From the human T2T-CHM13v2.0 reference genome, Homo sapiens: 64,000 nt of DNA. Below are positions 13,496 to 26,760 of this stretch, piece by piece. The first letter of the stretch is position 1; the number at the start of each line of letters is the position of its first letter. The translations under genes were made by a program, and so were the position numbers. The stretch is from assembly GCF_009914755.1 (NCBI RefSeq), contig NC_060936.1; one strand, written 5' to 3'. The notes below the pieces were generated by a model. It did not search any database, had not been told where the DNA came from, and worked only from the letters and a program-made list of their open reading frames with translations.

Positions 13496-13908
13496 CGAAT
13501 ATAATTGTCACAAAAGCAGCTGCCTCACTAGGCAGGAGACCAGCCAGGGGAGGGGAGTCGATTCACTCAGGGTGTTCGGGTTCTTTGTTATTCCACAGTG
13601 AAACACCTCAAAACTCAGCTTCCTCAAATGACTCTTTTATTCATATTCAGCTCACAATTTGGCAAGTCAGGAATGTTGTCAGGCATTGGCTGGGTCATTT
13701 GTCTCTGGCCACCTTGGCAATGGCTGGGGTGGCTGGGGCTGGAGGATACACTTCTGCTTTTCATTTCACTCATGAACTTGGCCTCTTGCTGCCACCTTGG
13801 TCTCTCTTTTCCCCCAAATCCCACATGGTGTCGCCTCCTCTTGGGCCCCCTCACCTGGCTGTAGCTTGGGCTTCCTCACAGCATGGCTGGCTCAGAGTAG
13901 TTAAACTT

Positions 13909-14029
13909 ATTTTTTATTTTATTTTATTATTATTATACTTTAAGTTTTAGGGTACATGTGCACCACGTGAAGGTTTGTTACATATGTATACATGTGCCAT
14001 GTTGGTGTGCTGCACCCATTAACTCATCA
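13909..14029 (-). mobile_element. Very short 5'-truncated L1PA with 15-bp TSD
   Basis: L1PA 3' end; TSD agagtagttaaactt (13894-13908) / agagcagttaaactt (14030-14044). Confidence 0.9.
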
Positions 14030-14132
14030 AGAGCAGTTAAACTTCTTACACGGCAATTGGCTCTGCCCAGAGAGAGCATTCTTTAAGAGAAAGAAAATGG
14101 GGCTGGCCAGGGCACTCCCTCTGCCATGCTGG

Positions 14133-14604
14133 TTTTTTTTTTTTCTTTCTTTCTTTATGAGACAGGGTCTTGCTCAGTTGTCCAGGGTACAGTGCTGTGG
14201 TGTGATCAGAGCTCACTGACTCCTGGGTTCAAGTGATCCTGCCAACTCATCCTCCTGAGTAGCTGGGACCATAGGTGTGTGCCACCATGCCTGGCTAATG
14301 TTTAATTTTTTTTGTAGAGAAGGGACCTCCCTATGTTGCCCAGGCTGGTCTCAAACTCCTGGACTCAAGCGATCCCTTGCCTCAGTCTCCCTAAGTGGTG
14401 CAATTACAGGCATGAGCCACTGCACCAGGCAGCCCCAACCTCCCAGGCTCAGGGATCCTCCCAGCTTAGCCTCCCAAGTAGCTGTGACTACAAGCATGTG
14501 CCACTGTACCCAACTGATTTTTAAAATTTTTTGTAGAGATGGGGTCTTGAACTCCTGGGCTCAAGCCATCCTCCCTCCTCGGCCTCCCAAAGTGCTGGGA
14601 TTAC
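14133..14604 (-). mobile_element. AluJ plus an adjacent tail-less AluJ fragment
   Basis: Antisense AluJ at 14133-14430, then a second partial Alu at 14431-14604. Confidence 0.85.
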
Positions 14605-15914
14605 CACCATGCTCTTTTGACAAAGCAGTCACGTAGCCCACCTAACTTCAAGGAGAGGGAAGTGAGTCCCTGCCTCTCAATCAGAGAAGGGGATAGGACC
14701 CTGTGGCCTTTCTTACCACCCGGGACAGGGTGCCCCTAAATCCACAAAGAGAAAGAGCGGAAACGGCCTCCTTTCATCTCCTGCCCCGGACGCCCCATCT
14801 TTTGTTTTCTCATAAAATGGCAACAGAAGTTGATTCTAGATAGAATAATTAACTCCTTCCTGCCACAGTGATCCCGTCCCTGCCTTTTGCGGCACGCTGA
14901 TTTTTAACCAGAGGAACTTCTCCTTGAAAGATGCTGCTGTACTGCAATTTTGTCAAATGTGCTGACAGTTTGGGAGCCGCTGGAGGACTCCGGATCTGGT
15001 CTCCAGGCGGACGAGGGACACTTTTTGTGGGCTGAGTTTGTTTACTCCTGGAAAAACCTGGCTTCCTGTTTCTAAGGGGGAACAGGTTTAAAAGTCCTCA
15101 TAAAAAAGGCTCTAAGGCCCCTTCACATCAAATGGCTCTTCCACAGTAACATTTGATGAGTTAAGTGTAAAGGAATCAGAAACATAAGGATTAAATTTCC
15201 TTGCAGATACACATAGGTTATAAATTAGGGGGGGAAGAATCATGTCAAAACATGTTTTGGCATTTCGCCAAGACTGAAAAGATTTGAAAAACGGTTTTGA
15301 GATGGTAGATGTAATTGTGTTCTCTCTCAGCCCATCCTTCCCGGTTTGTAAGATTTATTTATTTTTCAGTAAACGTCGGAAGAATTGTAGACGCGCGTGG
15401 AGGGAAGTGGTTCTAATTCAAGTTACTGAGATTTTAAAGGTTTATTCCTGAGAGATGGTCCTGGATGGGGACATTCAGCATTCTTGTTTTGTGTTGATTT
15501 TAATTGAGATTTCAAAGAAAGGCCCGTAGCTTTTATAGCTTTCGGTATGTTTCTTATTTAGATTAAGGGCCCAGGAAGCACAGGGCTCGTTAAGTTCAGT
15601 GGTCTATCCGAGGATGGCTGCCTGGCCTTTCTCTCACCTGTTTTCAAGAGATTTATGCATCTGCAGGCTTTACATTTCATCATGGATGGAGCAGATTCTC
15701 TGCTTCAGCAGATGGACAAAGAAGTTGAAGCTCCGATACTTAGGAGGTATACAGAAGTAAAACCAGAGACGTGGGGATTTCAGCTTGAGAGGATATTTCT
15801 GGAGAAATATTTCACGATCTAGGACTGCAAAGATATAAACACACTTTTTTTTTTTTTAAGATTTTCATTTAGGAAACCTTCACGAATCTAAGACTTGTTA
15901 AAAATGGGTCCAGC

Positions 15915-16231
<317 letters not shown>

Positions 16232-16789
16232 TCAAGACTGGAGTTTTTGTGTACGCCTGTGCAGCTGACCCACATAATTTCTTGAGTTACTTAAAAAAGA
16301 CGACGAGTTCTGAGCCAACTGAAGAGCACAAGGGACACCACAGGGGCCACCCAGAGACCTGGATTTCCCAGCTTTAAAAAATAAAATTGACCACAGGAAT
16401 GTTTTCCGAGGCAACTCCACCTACTAATTATGTTGTAGCTCCACCTGTGATCAGCAGAGACAAGAAAGACTGGTCACCAGGACATGAAAAACAGCAAAAA
16501 CCTGTCCCTCTGGGCCACCGTTGACCGAGGAGCAGGCCTGCAAGATGTGTGGGGTGAGTGCACCGTTCCTAGAAATACCTTTCAGTTCCTGCTGACCAGG
16601 GCACAGGTCAGCTCTGAGCACAGCCGAGTGCACTCAAGTGGCAGCAACGATTTAGCATCACCTGGATGCCTCTGTCCATGTTCGGTGTTGTGGGTGTAGA
16701 AGGAGGTGGAGGAAGCACAGAGGAAGAGGAGGTTCGTGCATCCACCGGCGGCCCATCCTCAGCACTGAGTAGGTCCGAGAGGGGCTTCA

Positions 16790-17665
16790 GTGTAGGTCTT
16801 TCTCCCGTTGTCTCTTCCAATCCCCTCTCTTCCTCTCTGCCCCCAGAAGGCTGACCCCACACACCACATGTCTCAGGGCCCCCTGACCTCTGGATTGGGT
16901 CCAGTTTGGCCAACGGAGTGGTACCAGCAAGGGAGACTGGAGGACGGGGAGAGAGTGAGCTTCCAGGGCACGGGTTCCGCCCTGTCCCTCCTGGCCAGGC
17001 CTAGGGTGGGGGCCGTCCCTTCCCTGCAGCTTCAGCTGCTGCGGGCTGTGGCTCCTCCATCGAGGCTGCAGCTCTCCGGAGCAGGCTTCTGCTGCCCAGC
17101 TCCTCCTGGACCCCATCAGACTGGTTCCATTGCAGCGACACCCACTTGGCTGTTCTCTCTGGGCCTCGCCATTCACTTATGTTTCTCTTAACTCTACCCA
17201 CACTGTATGAGACAGGGTTCTCTAGAGGGCCAGAACTAATGGAATAGATATATAGATAAAGGGGAGTTTATTAAGTATGATGGCGAGGTCCCACAATAGG
17301 CCGTCTGCAGGCTGAGGAGCAAGGAGAGCCAGTCCAAGTCCAAGTCCAGTTCAAGGGATCATCCAGGAAGCATCCAGCACGGGAGAAAGGTGTAGGCTGG
17401 GAGGCTAGGCCGGTCTCTCTTTTCACATTTTTCTGCCTGCTTATATTTGAGCTGAGCAGGCAGCAGATTAGATCGTGCCCACCCAGATTGAGGGTGGGTC
17501 TGCCTTTCCCGGCCCACTGACTCAAATGTGAATCTCCTTTGGCAACAGCCTCACAGACACACCCAGGATCAATACTTTGTATCCTTCAATCCAATCAAGT
17601 TGACACTCAGTATTAACCATCACACACACCTTGATCAAGAGTCCCTCTCTTAAGTCCTTTCCAGG
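16790..17665 (+). mobile_element. ERVL solo LTR (LTR33-like) split by MLT2A
   Basis: ctgccccagaaggctgacc...cctctgg...gtttggccaa..., ending actctacccacac|cttgatcaagagtccctc. Confidence 0.5.
17204..17624 (-). mobile_element. MLT2A (HERV-L) solo LTR with 5-bp TSD CACAC
   Basis: TG...CA ends; caatccaatcaagttgacactcagtattaaccatcaca; CACAC at 17199-17203 and 17625-17629. Confidence 0.9.
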
Positions 17666-17674
17666 GAAACCATC

Positions 17675-18028
17675 TGTCTTAGGGAGCTCATGCTGCTCCA
17701 GTAAAATACCATGGGCTAGGTGACTTCACCAACAGACCTTTCCTGCTCCCAGTTCTGGAGGCAGCACAGGATCAATCATACAAGATCAAGGTGCCAATTC
17801 AGTTCCTCATCAGGGCTCCATCCCTGGAGTGTACACGGCAGCCTCCTTACTGTCTATCTTCGGCGTGTGTGGGTGAAGTGTCAGGCACTTTCCTCTTCCC
17901 ATCCCACCATGGGGCCCCCACTCTCCTGGCCTCATCTCACCCCAGTCACTCCCCCAAAGCCCTCACCTGCTAATACCATCACATGGGGGGCCAGGCCTTC
18001 AACACATGAATTCTGGGGGGACACAGCC
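17675..18028 (-). mobile_element. MaLR LTR (MLT1A/MST-like)
   Basis: aaataccatgggctaggtgactt...cagttctggaggc...aagatcaaggtgcc...catgaattctgggggg. Confidence 0.7.
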
Positions 18029-18361
18029 CATCTGCCCTCTGAGAGCCACCCGTCTCCTGCAGGAAACCCAATAGACCATCTTCTCACATCAACTTAAGCT
18101 ATTTAACTCATTCCCACAGATATTTATTGAATACTGCTAGGCATGGGGGAAAAGCAAACAAACAACTCTTACCACTATAAGTCTATGAAAGCTTATCAGG
18201 CATTTAATACATAAGATCTCCTTCCATCCCCACAAAAATATTGTTATTCCAGTTTTCCAGGAAGGAGAAATGAGGGTTAAAGAGAAAGTAGGGAAAAGAA
18301 AGGATGCTTGCATAGCCAAGGCCACCAATCAGGAGCAGAACAGTTATTAATCTTCAGGTTG

Positions 18362-19530
18362 ATTTTTCTTTAAATAATTCATTGAGGTGAAATTCACACA
18401 ACATAAAGTTAAACATTGAAAGTGTATCACTCGGTGACACGTAGAACATTCACAGTGCGTGCAACTACCACTTCTCTGCAGTTCTAAAACATCGTCACTC
18501 CAAGGTAAACCCTCCACCCAATAATGAGTCACTTGCCATTCTTCCCTCCCCTGGCCTCTGGCGATCACTCTGCTTTCTGTCTCTCCGGGTTTGCCTCTTC
18601 TGGACAGCTCGTAGAAATGGAATCACACAGCGTGTGGCCTTTTGTGTTGGCATCTTTCACTCAGCATGATGTTTCTTGAGGTTCATCCATGTTGCAGAGT
18701 CAGTCAGAGCTTCATTCCTTTTCATGACCGAATAATATTCCTTCATATGGACAGATCATACTTTGTGTTTTATGCATCCGTGGATGGACATTTGGGCTGT
18801 CTTCACCTTCCAGCTGTTGTGAACTGTTCTACTGTGGCATGTGTACACGTATTGGTTTGAACATCTGTTTTCAATTTTCAGGGTATATACCTATGAATAA
18901 AATTGCTGGTTTACATAATAATTCTATTTTTAACTTTTTGAAGAACCACCAAACTGTTTTCCACAGCAACAGGACCATTTTTACATTCCTACCAGCCATG
19001 TACAAAGGTTTAGGTTGATGTTTTTAATAGCTTTCCTGAGCTATAATTCACATACCATACATTCATCCATAGAAGGTGTGCAATTTCATGGCTTTTGGTA
19101 TGTTTACAGAATTATGCAATCATCACCATCATCAATCTTAGATCATTCATAGCACCCTAGAAAGAAAACCATGGCTTTCACAGTCGGCCCCCACACTCCC
19201 CTCCTCAGTCCTAGGCAAACACAAATCTAATTTCTGTCTATAGATTTTTCTATTCTGGACATCATCTCATGTAAATCATACAGTGTGGGGTCCTTCATCA
19301 CTGACTTCTTTCACTTAAGAGAATGTGTCAGCATTCATTCATGCAGCAGATAAATCCATACTTTCCTTTTCATGGCTGCATAATATTTCATTGTGGGGAT
19401 TGACCGTGTTTTGTTTACCCATTCATCCTCTGATGGACACTTGGATTATTTCAATTTTTGGGCCATTGTGAATAATGCTGCTATGAGCATTTGTGTACTT
19501 CTTCTGTGTGGGACATGTGTTTTCCTCTCT
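18362..19530 (-). mobile_element. L1MB-type 3' fragments (two pieces: ~18362-19010 and ~19020-19530)
   Basis: attgaggtgaaattcacacaacataaa...; gatggacatttgggctgt; aactgttttccacagc. Confidence 0.8.
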
Positions 19531-20010
19531 TTTAAGGTTGATGTTTTCATTCCATTGGATAGTAGGTTTGTTTGATGTAGAGAATAGACAGTTCTGTGTG
19601 GAGAATTTCCAAAATGTCATGGACCAGTGGGAAAGATTTTTTTTTCCTTTGGAACAGATTGGCCATAGTAGAAAATCATGCTTTTCTACCTCAGCTGAGC
19701 ATTTTCTGCTTCTGTGGGTCATTCCAGTCCCATCTGATTGACAATCCCATTTCCCAGTGGGTCCTCCTCCCCCAGGCCAAGCTCCACCCAGCCCCCCTCA
19801 TTCTTCCCTGAAGACCTGGAGGGTCACCTGATGGTCCTTCTCCACTCCATATGGCTCCAAGTTAATGCTTATTCTCACCATCCTTTCACTTCCGCCTGTG
19901 GCCCCATATCTCCTGCGCGAACCCTTGGACCTATTCTCTCGATCCCAGTCCCTCCTCTGTTTACCACAGCTCGTTTTCTTTCCCCAAAAAAACTTAATAA
20001 ATAAACCCCC

Positions 20011-20462
20011 TGTAAGCAGTTGAATGAATCGTGCCACCCAATAGGTACATCCAAGTCCTTAATCCTTGGTTCTGTGAATGTGACCTTCCTTATTTGGAAA
20101 TAGGGCCTTTGTGGATGTAAGTACGTTAAGGATCTTGGGATGTGATCATTCTGGGTTTAGGGTGGGCACTAAATCCATAACTGGAGAAAGGAGAAGGAGA
20201 TTTGAGACACGGAGATGCAGGGAGAAGACTGTGTGAAGATGGAGGCAGGGATTGGAGTGATGCAGCCGTGAGCTGGGGCCACCTGGAGCCACCAGAACCT
20301 GAAAGAGGCAGCAAGGACCCTCCCCTAGATCATTTGGAGAGGGCATGACCCTGTGGACACCATGGTTTCAGACTTCTGGTCTCCAGATCTGCTCAAGAAT
20401 AAATTTCTGCTGTTTGAAACCACCTAGTTTGTGGTGGTTTGTTATGGCAGGAAACTCACACA
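20011..20462 (+). mobile_element. MLT1C-like solo LTR
   Basis: tgtgaatgtgaccttccttatttggaaatagggcctttg...gaataaatttctgctgtttgaaaccacctagtttgtgg. Confidence 0.85.
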
Positions 20463-22862
20463 CGTCTCCAAAAGTGTGCTTAGAGGGGCTGTTAGAACAC
20501 AGATTCTCAAGCTGGACAGACTGAGTCTAAATCCTGCCTCCTGCCACCTGCTAGCCGTGTGACCTTGGGCAAGGATGTAACATTTGAGTGGCTCATTGGT
20601 AAGAGAAGGACACTATGGCATCTTGGTCATGGGGCCGAGAGGACCAAGTAGGTCCATAAAAGTGACTGTCAGAGCAGCCCCTGCTGCACACGGCTGCAGC
20701 CCCACCTGCAGCTGGGATTCCACCCCTGCCTCCTCCAGCCATGATTTTCTTGTCTGTTCATCATCTCAACGCAGACCCTTGGCGCCATCTGTAAGCCTAC
20801 TTCTCCTTCGCTCCTGTCTCCAGGGAATAGGGGTCCCATGTGGTCTGCAATGGCACGCTCGCCGGCTCCCTATCCCACACTGCTCCCGGGCTCTGGCTGA
20901 TTTTGAGACCCCCCACAACCACCATCTGGATCCCGAGCCATGGCCTCTGGTCTCCGACGGGTCTGCTTGTCTGCAGGTCTTCTGCCCGGAGCCCTGACAC
21001 ACGCAGTGGAGTTCACACATTCACAGGGTCTGTGCTCCCCTGGTGGGTGGGACCACATTTCTGCTGGTTTAAGAGGTGTTCAATCTATGGGCACAATTAT
21101 CTAGCTGGGGAGTAGCATGGGGCAGGGAAAGAATAAAGAACGCTGCCTCCCCCAGCCTCAGGAATTGGTAGGCGAGGTCCTGGGGCCTCGTTCAAACCAA
21201 GGCCCAGAGACACATCAGGGGCAGCCACAGGCCTCCCAAGCCTCCCTGCAGTGCCCCGTGGCATCTGGGATGGTCCTGGGTCACCTTTCCCTGTTTTTTC
21301 CTCAGCCCCCCGAGACAGCAAGTCACTCTAGGCCAAGGGGCTTCTGCTGTGTCCACCGGGTGTAGCTTCCTTCAGAGACACAATAAAGGCTGCACAGAGG
21401 CAGGACGTATTAGGGTGTAGAGGACACACTCCCAGAACTGCCACGCTCAGCTCGCCCTGTGCCTCCCGCATGGCAGGTCCTCTGGGGGGCTGAGGAGGGA
21501 GTCTCGTCCCTTGATATCAAAACAAAACCATGCACAGAATCCCTTTGGCTTTGGGATTTAGGCTATGAAACGCAGGGCATGTCCTGCCATGTGATGGCCT
21601 ATATTTGTCTCAGATCAGTCACACATTGGCATCTTCCAGAGATGGGCCCCCCCTCTCCCCGTCCACTCTCCCATCTTAGCTGTCTGCAGTCGTCAGAGGC
21701 AGGAGAGACACAGACTGCTGAAGGGCGGTTGAGGAGCTGGCTCCAGCTGCTCGGCCCTGCCCTGTTGTCTCAGCACAGGTGACCTGCTGCTCATAGGCTA
21801 AAGAGCATGAGGATAGCAAGGAGAATGCGCACCAGCATCCTGAAGGCAGAGCCATTTCTCCAATGCAGCCATCTGGGAAGTGAACTTCGTGGTGGAGGAC
21901 CAGGACCAAACGCGGCCCCTTCCGCTCCCTCCCCACCCTGCCCATCCCTTGAGCTGACTCAGACATTTAGGGGCAAACAGACAGAGACAACTGCACCTGG
22001 GTCTGTAATGAAATACTAACTTCAAAAGGCTCAGCAGCTGTTTTCTGGAACTTGGCAGCCTGACTCCAAAGTCCCCTCAGCCCTCAGTCCAGCCTCTTTA
22101 TTGCCAATGCCTGACACGCTGGCCACAGAGCAAAGTCGAGGTGAACATTTGACCATCCAAAGCCAGGGGAGCACAATCATTGTCAAGAGGTTTCTAAAAG
22201 TCCTCTTCATCCATAGGTGTATGAATTGCTCCATCTTCTCGATTCCTCACGTTTCCCTCTGAGCACACTGCCTTACCCCGCTGTATCAGACAGGTTTCTT
22301 GGTAGCAAGCCACAGAAACTCCCTCTTCAGCCATTTTCAGCTAAGGGGTGGGGGTGTGGGGTTGGAGGGGAACGGACATGAACAGCAGGTCAGAAGTCCA
22401 GAATTTGGAACCAGGAACCGTAGGGCAGATAGTCTTGCCCCGTGCTCCGTGTGGCTACAGTTAACATAATAATTCCCAGCTGTCCTCAGTTTCCTACCCT
22501 GATCCCCAAGAACTCTAGTTGAGACTGTCCCACTGGCTAGGCCTAAACCGGCTGCCATTCCTCGGTTAAGCTGGGTGGGAAAGGAGAGAAGCTTTCGGAC
22601 TTCTGTAGCGGGAAGTAGGGTCTCCTTCCCAAGGTAATCGTGAGGATGGATTCCCAAAAGTATGACTCTTCCCAAAAGTCGGACTTTTTTGGGAAGAGAG
22701 GTCTAGATGATGCGTAGCCTCCTTCCCTGCAAAATGGCTGGCATCGACAATGCAATGATAACACTGAAGGTCCCGGGAACGCCCTGCAGGGTGTGAAGTC
22801 AGTACACACTGGCCACACTACCGGCCGGGGTGCTGTTTCCCTCCTCTTTGTGATCCCAGGTT

Positions 22863-22992
22863 TCCCTGCAGAAGCCTCTGTATGGTCCATGCATCTTGTA
22901 GGCACTCTCCCCGGCTCCATGCCTCCCTGCAGAAGGCTTTGTATGGCCCATGCATCTTGTAGGCACCTCTCCCCGACATCACGCCTCCCTGC
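22863..22992. repeat. Tandem duplication, ~61-bp unit x2
   Basis: tccctgcagaag..tgtatgg.ccatgcatcttgtaggcac..ctcccc occurs twice. Confidence 0.9.
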
Positions 22993-23879
22993 CTAGGCTG
23001 CCTTCATGGCTCTCTACAGAGGGCAGCCCAAGTTCAAGCAGCCGGAACCGGCAGCTGGCTGGAGCTTGGGTGGGGAGCGAGTTCTGCTGGCCAAATCTGG
23101 TAGGAGATTCTCCATGGGACATGAACACCGTCCGGCTTTATACCAGACAACAGGCAAGCCAGTCCCCTCAGGAAGGCAGCCTCTCGCTGTGTGGAGGGCT
23201 GCGGGGCAAGGAGGGGCCACTATCTGTGCCAGCCTAGATTGCAACTGAGCAAGAGATTAAGTTGAGGGCTTTGACCTTGAGGCAGCCTTCACAACTCCGG
23301 GACGCGAGACACCAGAAACCTGACTCTGACTTCAGGCCAGGCGAACACACTTTGCGCATTTCTCTCCGGAGCTGTGTAAGTCACAGCGGAGATTTCCTCT
23401 CTGACCGGGGCTGTGTTACCCAATAGGCCACCTAGTAACACGCCTGGGATGCATGACGGAAAAGCAGGGATGCCAGGAATTTATTTTTATGAAGTTGGTA
23501 TTTCAAAAGGAGCATTGAAGAGAAGTCAACATGGCAGGTGCTGGCGGTTTGCCGGACTTCCTTAGGCTTACCCCACATGTTAGAATTGCTTTGGTTTTGA
23601 ATTATTTGCGGGGATGGGAGCTAGTGTATGTTTTTCTGTGTCAAATCTCTTTGAAAGTCTCTATCCAACCTGCCTCGCCAAGATAAAGGCCAGTGAGACG
23701 TGATACTGGCACACTTGCTGCTGTAGCAATGTTTTTCTGTTTTGCTCTCCTCATTGAGGCGAAAGTTTTAAAATTATCCTTACTGTTTTTGTTGTTGGCC
23801 TGAAAGGTTAAAATTCATTTGGGTGAGCTTCCAACAATGACTGGTTTCTCTGCAGCCAATACCTTCCACTGATTTACAC

Positions 23880-24095
23880 CTGTGCTCTCAAAGTGCGAGA
23901 GCTTCAGATCCACTCAAAGTGGATGGGTGTGTGTGATTGGCCAGCCACATCACCGCCACCTGGGACCTGGTTAGGAGCACGGACTCAGCCCCACCTCAGA
24001 CCTGCTGAGTCAGAAGCCCTGGAGGCAGGCCCCCAAGATCTGCTTTAACAAACTCTCGGGAGGGTTCCAAGGCACGTTACAGTTTGAGAACCAAT
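23880..24095. mobile_element. MER5A hAT-Charlie relic
   Basis: gccccacctcagacctgctgagtcagaagccctgg...tttaacaa...agtttgagaacca. Confidence 0.75.
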
Positions 24096-24767
24096 GGATT
24101 TGATTAGAAAAAAAGCAAGAGATGAGACAGACGTGTCCCCCAAGGAGGACGTGTCTCCTTCGCAGGTGCACCATCCATGGATTCCTGGGAGCTTAGTGGA
24201 CCCCTCAGCAGGCGAGGCAGGAAAAGGGTGAGTCAGCCAAGCCCTCGCCTTAGTCATTGATGGATACGCTCTGTAAATCTAAAGCCAGACGGCTCTTCTC
24301 ACCCACTTCCTGCTCCTGCTTTTCTAACTGGAGGGGAAAAAAAAGAGAAAAGAACCAATGGGAAATAAAGGTAACAGAAAGGAAAACCAACTAAACCACG
24401 TTAAAAGATGGAATTATTTGACAGAAGATTTTAAATTACTTACACTACAGGGGTTGTTTTTCGGTAGAAAGCGACTACTTTATAAAATTAAAAAAACTGT
24501 TTAAATATAAATAAGACAAAAGGAGAAAGTAAAAATCACTCAAAATTCCTTCACCCAGAGATAACATTAACATTGCTGTGTTTCTGTTTACTTTGCACAT
24601 AATTTTTTAAAATGACAATGTATTTTTTATCCTTTTGAGTGAAATCTGTGCTCTCATCTTGGAGGATTTCCTTGGGACCAATTCCTCTAAGTAGAATTCC
24701 TAGGTTCAATGCTGTGGACTGTTTTTTCTATAAAGGCGATGCTTGGTATAGAAACAGTCTCACCTGA

Positions 24768-25163
<396 letters not shown>

Positions 25164-25559
25164 TAGCTTGTAAATATTTTAATGAAAATTCTCATTAGGC
25201 CACCTCAGTACTGTCGTAGTTATCTAAGAATCTTCCCATGGTCCTTAGAATATGTTCTTCCGAAGGCACGTTCCTTCTGCTGTCCTTGTAATCTCCAGAC
25301 ACAGGACAGGCCCCAGCAGCCTGAACTGGGCCTGTGCACCCTGGACCATGTGTAGCCCTTTCCTCCCCGGCACCTGTCCTTCCCCATCCTCTTTGGGTTC
25401 CCCTGCATGCGGGAAGTGTGCCCCGGCACCTGGTTTCCTCAGATATACGGCCTGGAAACCACGTGCCCATCAGAATTTCAGCCACAGTCCCCCGTAGATA
25501 TAACCACCATCTTCCAAACTTCATGTCCAAAAGACAAAGAATGAAAAGTAAAGGTGTTT

Positions 25560-26760
25560 ATTTTGGTGATTTTTTTTCTCATTCCTAAGGTAATATGTAT
25601 TTGCATGGAAAATTGCAGCATAGAGAATACAGCTGTCATCTGATAACATTTCTAGATTTCTATTGTGCATGTCTACATAGATTTATCATTTTTACCAACA
25701 TGGGTTCATGTCACCATTCTCTTTTATAATATTTCCACTTGATATTATATATTATAAACCTTATTCCATGCCAATTAACAGACAACTATATGCCATTATT
25801 TTAGATGGCTTTAATGTATTCCATAATACAATTTCTGTAGTTTATCAAATGAATCTCTCACTAGTAGGTGTTCAGGTTGCTTTCTTTCTTTTTTCTTCTC
25901 TAAATATAAAGGGTATTACTGTACACGCAGCTGTTATGAGCTTGTGGGATTATTCCCGAGCAGAATTGCTGGGGTCAAAGAGTTAGAGCATTACTAAAGC
26001 TTCATGTTCGAATTGTCAGATGCCCTCGAGAAGGATGAATCAATCTGAACCCTCACTGGCCGTGTATATGAACTCCACCTGCCTCACAGCCTCTTAACAT
26101 TGGTTCTTAACTGTATTTTTTCCATTTTTCCCAGTGCTTATGGCATCTTTTAATTTGCAAGGCTTTGCTCAGTAAAGAGGATGAACATCTTTTCATTTGT
26201 TTATAAATTATTGGCTTTTCTACTTTTGAATCATTTGCTTGACTTTTGCCCATTTTTCTACTGAAGCGTTTATTTTTTCTTACTGATTTAACAAAGCTAC
26301 TATGCATCATAAGTCATTTTCCCAGTTTTCTTTGTCACTTTATTTTGTTTAAGGTCTTTTTGTTACAGAATATATTTTATTTTGCATGGAGTTAAGTCAA
26401 TCCATTTTTTCCCATATTAGTTCTGCCTCCAGTGTCCTGAATATAAAGTCTTCTAGTAACTATATCTTTTTCTAATGTTTTAACAATTTTATTCTTTATG
26501 TTTAAAATACTAAAAAAAAATTTGGTGTAATGTTGTTGTAGTTACAGGAAATATAATTTGAATTTTTCCCAAATTGTTGTTCTATTATTTCAAAAGTATT
26601 ATCTCAATTTCAAATGGTGACACATGTAAATATATTTCCATACTTAGTTTCTGAATTTTCGACTCAATTCCAATATTTTTTTACCACTACATCAATAATA
26701 CATTGCTTTAATTTTATAATAGCTACTTATTTTGGTAATTCGAGTCCCTCTTTTATTCAT
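25560..26760 (-). mobile_element. Old L1M(E) fragments
   Basis: T-rich antisense L1 motifs (gaattgctggggtcaaag, ttttaatttgca, gaacatcttttcatttgttta). Confidence 0.6.

Larger units (their letters stand above)
13575..14720 (-). mobile_element. Old MLT1 LTR fragmented by L1PA and Alu insertions
   Basis: gcttgggcttcctcacagcatggctggctcagagtag...; resumes with caaagcagtcacgtagcccacctaacttcaaggagaggg. Confidence 0.55.

Noticed and set aside
16608-17191. Protein-like ORFs suggesting a processed pseudogene
   Set aside because: No recognisable homologue; they overlap LTR33-like and L2-like repeat sequence.
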